Below, one piece after another: positions 57,181 through 64,000 of a stretch of DNA of 64,000 nucleotides. Origin of the DNA: Escherichia coli (lineage in GTDB: Bacteria; Pseudomonadota; Gammaproteobacteria; Enterobacterales; Enterobacteriaceae); assembly GCF_024700885.2 (NCBI RefSeq), contig NZ_CP117016.1; one strand, given 5' to 3'. Numbering within the stretch: position 1 is the stretch's first letter; each line of letters starts with the position of its first letter. Position numbers and translations under genes: made by a program. The notes under the pieces are model-generated. The model was not told where the DNA came from. It did not search any database and saw nothing but the letters and a program-made list of their open reading frames with translations.

Positions 57181-58227
57181 TTACACTCCGGATTCGCGAA
57201 AATGGATATCGCTGACTGCGCGCAAACGCTCTGCTGCCTGTTCTGCGGTCAGGTCTCGCTGGGTCTCTGCCAGCATTTCATAACCAACCATAAATTTACG
57301 TACGGTGGCGGAGCGCAACAGAGGCGGATAAAAGTGCGCGTGCAGCTGCCAGTGTTGATTCTCTTCGCCATTAAATGGCGCGCCGTGCCAGCCCATAGAG
57401 TAGGGGAAGGAGCACTGGAAGAGGTTGTCATAACGACTGGTCAGCTTTTTCAACGCCAGCGCCAAATCGCTGCGCTGGGCGTCGGTCAAATCGGTGATCC
57501 GCAAAACGTGGGCTTTGGGCAGCAGTAGCGTTTCGAACGGCCAGGCAGCCCAGTAAGGCACAACGGCTAACCAGTGTTCGGTTTCGACAACGGTACGGCT
57601 ACCGTCTGCCAGCTCGCGCTGAACATAATCCACCAGCATTGGCGATTTCTGCTCGGCAAAATATTCTTTTTGCAGGCGGTCTTCGCGCTCAGCTTCGTTA
57701 GGCAGGAAGCTATTTGCCCAAATCTGTCCGTGCGGATGCGGGTTAGAGCAGCCCATCGCCGCACCTTTGTTTTCAAAGACCTGCACCCATGGGTATGTTT
57801 TCCCCAGTTCTGCGGTTTGCTCCTGCCAGGTTTTGACGATTTCCGTCAATGCCGCAACGCTGAGTTCTGGCAACGTTTTACTGTGATCCGGTGAAAAGCA
57901 GATCACCCGGCTGGTACCGCGCGCGCTCTGGCAACGCATCAGCGGATCGTTGCTTTCTGGCGCATCTGGCGTGTCAGACATCAAGGCCGCAAAGTCATTA
58001 GTGAAAACGTAAGTCCCGGTGTAATCGGGGTTTTTATCGCCTGTCACCCGCACATTACCTGCGCAGAGGAAGCAATCTGGATCGTGCGCAGGTAACACCT
58101 GTTTGGCTGGCGTTTCCTGCGCCCCCTGCCAGGGGCGCTTAGCGCGGTGCGGTGAAACCAGAATCCATTGCCCGGTGAGCGGGTTGTAGCGGCGATGTGG
58201 ATGATCAACGGGATTAAATTGCGTCAT
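57181..58227 (-). CDS. galT: Galactose-1-phosphate uridylyltransferase, 348 aa
   Basis: HIT-like HPHGQ motif; operon position. Confidence 0.96.
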   Translation of the reverse strand: MTQFNPVDHPHRRYNPLTGQWILVSPHRAKRPWQGAQETPAKQVLPAHDPDCFLCAGNVRVTGDKNPDYTGTYVFTNDFAALMSDTPDAPESNDPLMRCQSARGTSRVICFSPDHSKTLPELSVAALTEIVKTWQEQTAELGKTYPWVQVFENKGAAMGCSNPHPHGQIWANSFLPNEAEREDRLQKEYFAEQKSPMLVDYVQRELADGSRTVVETEHWLAVVPYWAAWPFETLLLPKAHVLRITDLTDAQRSDLALALKKLTSRYDNLFQCSFPYSMGWHGAPFNGEENQHWQLHAHFYPPLLRSATVRKFMVGYEMLAETQRDLTAEQAAERLRAVSDIHFRESGV

Positions 58228-58236
58228 GGTCGTTCC

Positions 58237-59253
58237 TTAATCGGGATATCCCTGTGGATGGCGTGACTGCCAGTGCCAGGTGTCCTGCGCCATTTCATCG
58301 AGTGTGCGCGTCACGCGCCAGTTCAGTTCACGGTCGGCTTTGCTGGCGTCCGCCCAGTAGGCCGGAAGGTCGCCCTCGCGACGCGGTGCAAAATGATAGT
58401 TAACTGGTTTGCCGCAGGCTTTGCTGAAGGCATTAACCACGTCCAGCACGCTGCTGCCTACGCCAGCGCCGAGGTTGTAGATGTGTACGCCTGGCTTGTT
58501 CGCCAGTTTCTCCATCGCCACGACGTGACCGTCCGCCAGATCCATTACGTGGATGTAATCGCGTACGCCAGTACCGTCTTCGGTCGGATAATCGTTACCA
58601 AAAATCGCCAGCGAGTCGCGACGGCCTACAGCAACCTGGGCGATGTATGGCATCAGGTTATTCGGAATGCCTTGCGGATCTTCGCCCATATCGCCCGACG
58701 GATGTGCGCCAACCGGGTTGAAGTAGCGCAGCAGGGCAATGCTCCAGTCCGGCTGGGCTTTTTGCAGATCGGTGAGGATCTGTTCAACCATCAGTTTGCT
58801 TTTGCCGTAAGGGCTTTGCGGTGTGCCGGTCGGGAAGCTTTCAACGTATGGAATTTTGGGCTGATCGCCATAGACGGTGGCGGAGGAGCTAAAAATAAAG
58901 TTTTTGACGTTCGCGGCGCGCATGGCGCTAATCAGGCGCAGGGTGCCGTTAACATTGTTGTCGTAATATTCCAGCGGTTTTTGTACCGATTCGCCAACGG
59001 CTTTCAGCCCGGCGAAGTGGATCACAGTGTCGATAGCGTGATCGTGCAGGATCTCGGTCATCAACGCTTCGTTACGGATATCGCCTTCAACAAACGTTGG
59101 ATGTTTGCCGCCTAAACGCTCGATAACAGGCAGTACGCTGCGCTTACTGTTACAGAGGTTATCAAGAATGATGACATCATGACCGTTTTGCAGTAATTGC
59201 ACACAGGTATGACTTCCAATGTAACCGCTACCACCGGTAACCAGAACTCTCAT
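58237..59253 (-). CDS. galE: UDP-glucose 4-epimerase, 338 aa
   Basis: MRVLVTGGSGYIGSH Rossmann N-terminus; start at the internal ATG 59253 rather than the ORF-track start. Confidence 0.96.
   Translation of the reverse strand: MRVLVTGGSGYIGSHTCVQLLQNGHDVIILDNLCNSKRSVLPVIERLGGKHPTFVEGDIRNEALMTEILHDHAIDTVIHFAGLKAVGESVQKPLEYYDNNVNGTLRLISAMRAANVKNFIFSSSATVYGDQPKIPYVESFPTGTPQSPYGKSKLMVEQILTDLQKAQPDWSIALLRYFNPVGAHPSGDMGEDPQGIPNNLMPYIAQVAVGRRDSLAIFGNDYPTEDGTGVRDYIHVMDLADGHVVAMEKLANKPGVHIYNLGAGVGSSVLDVVNAFSKACGKPVNYHFAPRREGDLPAYWADASKADRELNWRVTRTLDEMAQDTWHWQSRHPQGYPD
59219..59234 (-). promoter_or_regulatory. gal internal operator OI (GalR/GalS site) inside galE
   Basis: Minus-strand GTGGTAGCGGTTACAT matches the OI operator as I recall it. 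Confidence 0.75.
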
Positions 59254-59331
59254 AATTCGCTCCATTAGGCTTATGGTATGAAATAACCATAGCATAACAA
59301 AGATGCGAAAAGTGTGACATGGAATAAATTA

Positions 59332-59347
59332 GTGGAATCGTTTACAC
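59332..59347 (-). promoter_or_regulatory. gal external operator OE (GalR/GalS site) upstream of galE
   Basis: Minus-strand GTGTAAACGATTCCAC matches the OE operator as I recall it; the gal P1/P2 -10 region lies between it and galE. Confidence 0.8.
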
Positions 59348-59513
59348 AAGAATTTAGCCGTTTTTTATGCGCGATTAAGTGATTATAAAACAGAGGGTTT
59401 ATGAATGATTGCGCTTTTTATCTGAAAAAAGTCGCGGTTTCATGCCTGCATGCGTCGAACCGTTGGCCGGAGAGGGCGTTTAGGCCGCCTCCGGTACAGT
59501 CAGCATTACCGAC

Positions 59514-60986
59514 TCAGTTTATTTTTGTCAGCGCATAGCGATAAAAGTCACCGTCCGGCACGAACTCAAGACGATGGGTAATACAGGCAGGCGCATCTTC
59601 AGCGTGGTGCGAAACAAACAACAATTGCGTTTCACCTTCGCTAATCAGCACATCAACAAAACGGCGGATAAGCTGGCGATTGAGTGGATCAAGCCCCTGT
59701 AGTGGTTCATCGAGAATAAGCAACGTCGGATGTTTCACCAGTGCGCGGACAATCAGCGCCAGACGCTGCTGTCCCCAGGAAAGACTATGGAAAGGAGCGT
59801 CAGCCGTGCGTTTATCAATGCCGAGAATATCCAGCCACTGCTGCACCAGCTTTTGCTGGCGATCCGAAACGGCCTGATAAATGCCAATCGAATCAAAATA
59901 ACCAGACAGGATCACATTACGCACGGTAGTGCTGACCCGGTAATCCAGATGCAAACTACTGCTGACGTAACCGATATGCTTTTTGATATCCCAGATGGTT
60001 TCGCCGCTGCCGCGACGTCGTCCGAAAAGCGTTAAATCGTTGCTGTAACCTTGCGGATGATCGCCAGTAATCAGGCTTAATAACGTCGATTTTCCCGCGC
60101 CATTTGGCCCGACAATTTGCCAGTGTTCGCCTGGATTCACCTGCCAGCTAAGGTTATTAAGAATGGGGCGATCGTTATAAGAAACCACGCCATTGTTCAG
60201 CACAATGCGCGGTTCGTTGGCGGGTAAGGCGTGACGTGCTGAAGGTTCATCCGGCTCCGGCAGTTGTACACCTTCAAGCTGTTCGCTATGCGCCAGTTGC
60301 GCAACGAGTGCTTGTTGGAGCAGTTCCTCTTTAGCGCCCGTTTCCGCTAACGTACAATCCGCCAGCACGCCAGCAAACTGGACAAATTCCGGGATCTCAT
60401 CGAAGCGATTGAGCACCAGTACCAGAGTAATACCGGACTGATGTAACGAGGCGAGTAGCTCAGCCAGCTGCTGACGTGAGGCAACATCCAGGCCATCGAA
60501 CGGCTCATCAAGAATCAACAAGTCAGGCTCCGACATCAGCGCCTGACACAGCAGGGTTTTTCGCGTCTCGCCAGTGGAAAGGTATTTAAAGCGTCGGTCG
60601 AGGAGGGCGGTAATACCGAACTGCTGCGCCAGTTGCATACAACGCGGTGCATCCTTTACTTCATCCTGAATGATTTCAGCCGTGGTACGCCCGGTGTCAT
60701 CTTCGCCAGGGCCGAGCATATCGGTGTTATTCCGCTGCCATTCGTCGCTGACGAGCTTTTGCAATTGCTCGAAGGAGAGACGAGTGATGTGGGAAAACTG
60801 GCTTTGCCGCTCACCTTTCAAAAGCGGAAGTTCCCCCGCCAGCGCGCGGGCCAGGGCCGATTTCCCGCTTCCATTCGAACCGACAAACGCCCAACTATCA
60901 CCCGCGTTTAACGTTAGCTGAGGCAATTGCAGCGTTTTTGTGTCGCTAAGACGAAACGTGCCTTGCAAAATTTGCAATGATGACAT
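59514..60986 (-). CDS. modF: ABC-family ATPase ModF (two ATP-binding domains), 490 aa
   Basis: Two Walker A motifs (GSNGSGKS, GPNGAGKS); start at MSSLQ to match K-12. Confidence 0.93.
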   Translation of the reverse strand: MSSLQILQGTFRLSDTKTLQLPQLTLNAGDSWAFVGSNGSGKSALARALAGELPLLKGERQSQFSHITRLSFEQLQKLVSDEWQRNNTDMLGPGEDDTGRTTAEIIQDEVKDAPRCMQLAQQFGITALLDRRFKYLSTGETRKTLLCQALMSEPDLLILDEPFDGLDVASRQQLAELLASLHQSGITLVLVLNRFDEIPEFVQFAGVLADCTLAETGAKEELLQQALVAQLAHSEQLEGVQLPEPDEPSARHALPANEPRIVLNNGVVSYNDRPILNNLSWQVNPGEHWQIVGPNGAGKSTLLSLITGDHPQGYSNDLTLFGRRRGSGETIWDIKKHIGYVSSSLHLDYRVSTTVRNVILSGYFDSIGIYQAVSDRQQKLVQQWLDILGIDKRTADAPFHSLSWGQQRLALIVRALVKHPTLLILDEPLQGLDPLNRQLIRRFVDVLISEGETQLLFVSHHAEDAPACITHRLEFVPDGDFYRYALTKIN

Positions 60987-61053
60987 TTTATATCCCATTT
61001 TGTGCAGCGATTACTGACAGGGATACGTGTTTCATAACAAATTGTCAACACGC

Positions 61054-61842
61054 TTAGCACAGCGTGGCGATAATCACGCTGTCGGCATTAAAGTAGGCCG
61101 TGACATTCTGTCCTTGCTGAAGAGAAGTCGCTTCATTTACCGGCACTGTGGCGCACAGTGTTTGCCCGTCGGGTAGCGCCATTAATACTTCGCACTGCTC
61201 TGCGCCGCGCTCAATATGACTAATAATACCCGGTAATTGGTTGTCGGCGTTTTGTGCGACCGCTTCGTCCTGAGTAATGCCTACCCACGGCGCTTTTAGT
61301 AATATCAACACTTCTTTGCCTTCATCCAGCCCCAGACGCGCGCCGCTTTGTGCGGTAATTGCGACTTTCAGGCGTGTTTTTCCGTCAGCCAGTAAGACAT
61401 CAACATGCTGTTGAACGTCATCATGATCGCGGGCGGTGATGGTGCCAAACCATTGGTTACGGGCGCTGGTTTGCAGTGAAAAACGTGAGATCGCGGCCAG
61501 CAGGCTGTTCAGCGGCAGGGCGTCATCGTCACTTAACACATCAAAGGCTTTTTGCTGGATTTGCGCCAGTAAGTCATAGAGCTGAATCAGTCGCTGACCA
61601 TAGCGGGTCAGTACTGCGCCGCCGCCACCTTTACCGCCTGTTGCGCGCTCGACCAGAATATGCTCACTTAACTGATTCATTTCGTTAATGGCATCCCAGG
61701 CGCTTTTATAGCTGATACCGGCATCTTTCGCTCCCTGGCTAATGGAACCGGAAAGCGCAATGTGTTTTAGTAGCGAAATGCGGCGCGGGTCGGCGAATAA
61801 TTTTTGTTGGAGCTTAAGGGTGAGAAGGATTTCGGCCTGCAT
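61054..61842 (-). CDS. modE: Molybdate-responsive transcriptional regulator ModE, 262 aa
   Basis: N-terminal HTH and C-terminal tandem Mop domains; adjacent and divergent to acrZ-modABC. Confidence 0.95.
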   Translation of the reverse strand: MQAEILLTLKLQQKLFADPRRISLLKHIALSGSISQGAKDAGISYKSAWDAINEMNQLSEHILVERATGGKGGGGAVLTRYGQRLIQLYDLLAQIQQKAFDVLSDDDALPLNSLLAAISRFSLQTSARNQWFGTITARDHDDVQQHVDVLLADGKTRLKVAITAQSGARLGLDEGKEVLILLKAPWVGITQDEAVAQNADNQLPGIISHIERGAEQCEVLMALPDGQTLCATVPVNEATSLQQGQNVTAYFNADSVIIATLC

Positions 61843-61952
61843 AACAATATCCTGGCAAAAGTCTTATTGTGACGGAAAACGGACGCCACGCAAAGCTGAC
61901 CGCACAAAAGGGGAGTGCTTTTCTGTGCTTAGCGGTTAGAATAGTCTCATGA

Positions 61953-62120
<168 letters not shown>

Positions 62121-62240
62121 TTCCCTGAATGCCCGCTTAGTCGGGCATTTCTTTTTCTCAACTTCCTGCTTTTCCTGCCGATATTTTTTCTCATCTACCT
62201 CACAAAGGTTAGCAATAACTGCTGGGAAAATTCTGAGTTA

Positions 62241-62272
62241 GCCGTTATATTGTCGCCTACATAACGTTACAT
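62241..62272 (+). promoter_or_regulatory. ModE operator / modA promoter region
   Basis: CGTTATATTGTCGCCTACATAACGTTACAT just upstream of modA corresponds to the ModE-protected modA operator as I recall it. Confidence 0.75.
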
Positions 62273-62285
62273 TAAGGGGTTACCA

Positions 62286-63059
62286 ATGGCTCGTAAATGG
62301 TTGAACTTGTTTGCCGGGGCGGCACTCTCTTTCGCTGTTGCTGGCAATGCACTGGCAGATGAAGGGAAAATCACGGTGTTCGCCGCCGCATCACTGACTA
62401 ACGCAATGCAGGACATTGCTACGCAGTATAAAAAAGAGAAAGGCGTGGATGTGGTTTCTTCTTTCGCTTCGTCATCTACTCTCGCCCGTCAGATTGAAGC
62501 GGGTGCGCCTGCGGATCTGTTTATTTCTGCCGATCAGAAATGGATGGATTATGCGGTTGATAAAAAAGCGATCGATACAGCTACGCGTCAGACACTGCTC
62601 GGCAATAGCCTGGTCGTTGTAGCACCGAAAGCCAGCGAGCAGAAAGATTTCACCATCGACAGCAAAACCAACTGGACTTCGCTGCTGAATGGCGGTCGTC
62701 TGGCGGTTGGCGATCCGGAACATGTTCCCGCTGGCATTTATGCAAAAGAAGCACTGCAAAAACTGGGCGCATGGGATACGCTCTCCCCGAAACTGGCTCC
62801 GGCGGAAGATGTTCGTGGCGCGCTGGCGTTGGTCGAACGCAATGAAGCGCCGCTGGGCATAGTTTACGGTTCTGACGCAGTTGCCAGCAAAGGGGTAAAA
62901 GTGGTCGCCACCTTCCCGGAAGATTCGCATAAAAAAGTGGAATACCCGGTTGCTGTTGTGGAAGGGCATAACAATGCGACAGTGAAAGCATTTTATGATT
63001 ATTTGAAAGGGCCGCAGGCTGCGGAAATCTTTAAACGTTACGGATTTACAACCAAGTAA
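62286..63059 (+). CDS. modA: Molybdate ABC transporter periplasmic binding protein, 257 aa
   Basis: Signal peptide MARKWLNLFAGAALSFAVAGNALA; operon position. Confidence 0.96.
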   Translation: MARKWLNLFAGAALSFAVAGNALADEGKITVFAAASLTNAMQDIATQYKKEKGVDVVSSFASSSTLARQIEAGAPADLFISADQKWMDYAVDKKAIDTATRQTLLGNSLVVVAPKASEQKDFTIDSKTNWTSLLNGGRLAVGDPEHVPAGIYAKEALQKLGAWDTLSPKLAPAEDVRGALALVERNEAPLGIVYGSDAVASKGVKVVATFPEDSHKKVEYPVAVVEGHNNATVKAFYDYLKGPQAAEIFKRYGFTTK

Positions 63060-63748
63060 TGATACTGACCGATCCAGAATGGCAGGCGGTTTTACTAAGC
63101 CTGAAAGTTTCTTCCCTGGCTGTGCTGTTTAGCCTGCCGTTTGGGATCTTTTTTGCCTGGTTACTGGTGCGTTGCACGTTTCCGGGCAAAGCTCTGCTCG
63201 ACAGCGTACTGCATCTACCGCTGGTGTTACCGCCCGTGGTCGTCGGTTACTTATTATTAGTTTCGATGGGACGGCGCGGATTTATCGGTGAACGTCTGTA
63301 TGACTGGTTTGGCATTACCTTCGCCTTTAGCTGGCGCGGCGCGGTTCTCGCTGCCGCCGTCATGTCGTTTCCGCTGATGGTGCGGGCAATTCGTCTGGCG
63401 CTGGAAGGTGTTGATATCAAACTGGAACAGGCCGCAAGAACACTGGGTGCCGGGCGCTGGCGCGTTTTCTTTACTATCACGTTACCGCTGACCTTACCGG
63501 GCATTATTGTTGGTACGGTACTGGCTTTTGCTCGTTCTCTCGGTGAGTTTGGTGCAACCATCACCTTTGTGTCGAACATTCCTGGTGAAACGCGAACCAT
63601 TCCTTCTGCCATGTATACCCTGATCCAGACCCCCGGCGGGGAAAGTGGCGCGGCGAGACTGTGCATTATTTCTATTGCACTGGCGATGATCTCCCTGTTG
63701 ATTTCAGAATGGCTGGCCAGAATCAGCCGTGAACGGGCGGGGCGCTAA
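63059..63748 (+). CDS. modB: Molybdate ABC transporter permease, 229 aa
   Basis: Membrane ORF overlapping the modA stop; ABC permease signature region. Confidence 0.96.
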
Positions 63749-63750
63749 TC

Positions 63751-64000
63751 ATGCTGGAACTGAATTTTTCCCAGACGTTGGGCAACCATTGCCTGACCAT
63801 TAATGAAACGCTGCCCGCCAATGGCATCACTGCTATCTTTGGCGTCTCCGGTGCCGGAAAAACTTCGCTGATTAACGCCATCAGTGGACTGACGCGCCCG
63901 CAAAAAGGGCGGATTGTCCTCAATGGGCGGGTACTAAATGATGCCGAAAAAGGTATCTGCCTGACGCCAGAAAAGCGTCGCGTTGGCTATGTTTTTCAGG
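63751..64000 (+). CDS. modC: Molybdate ABC transporter ATPase, 5' fragment (truncated by window end)
   Basis: ATG at 63751 right after the modB stop; Walker [10 protein letters not shown] in the translation; runs off the window. Confidence 0.92.

Overview
The window reads as an Escherichia coli chromosomal segment with K-12-like synteny from dtpD to modC: dtpD, ybgI, pxpBCA, nei, abrB, the ybgOPQD chaperone-usher fimbrial operon, gltA, sdhCDAB-sucABCD, cydABX-ybgE, ybgC-tolQRA-tolB-pal-cpoB, a 7-gene Lys/Val tRNA array, nadA-pnuC, zitB, ybgS, aroG, gpmA, galMKTE, modFE, acrZ and modABC. Protein lengths match the K-12 homologues I recall. The exception is the interval between sucD and cydA (about 23.9-38.4 kb), where I would expect mngR-mngA-mngB from memory of K-12. 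Instead there is a roughly 14.5 kb accessory block on the minus strand encoding a coenzyme-B12-dependent methylaspartate (glutamate to mesaconate) pathway: glutamate mutase glmS-glmL-glmE, methylaspartate ammonia-lyase, a DUF1446/DUF4387 gene pair, a DAACS-family transporter, a class I fumarase-like protein (likely mesaconase), a BtuR-like cobalamin adenosyltransferase and a convergent LysR regulator. An intact IS26 with an 8-bp target-site duplication has inserted into the 3' part of glmL. Upstream of the operon lie two AT-rich orphan genes (140 and 314 aa) that I cannot assign to any family; these and the DUF pair are the best candidates for undescribed biology. All assignments are from reading the sequence and translations by eye; no database search or computation was run.
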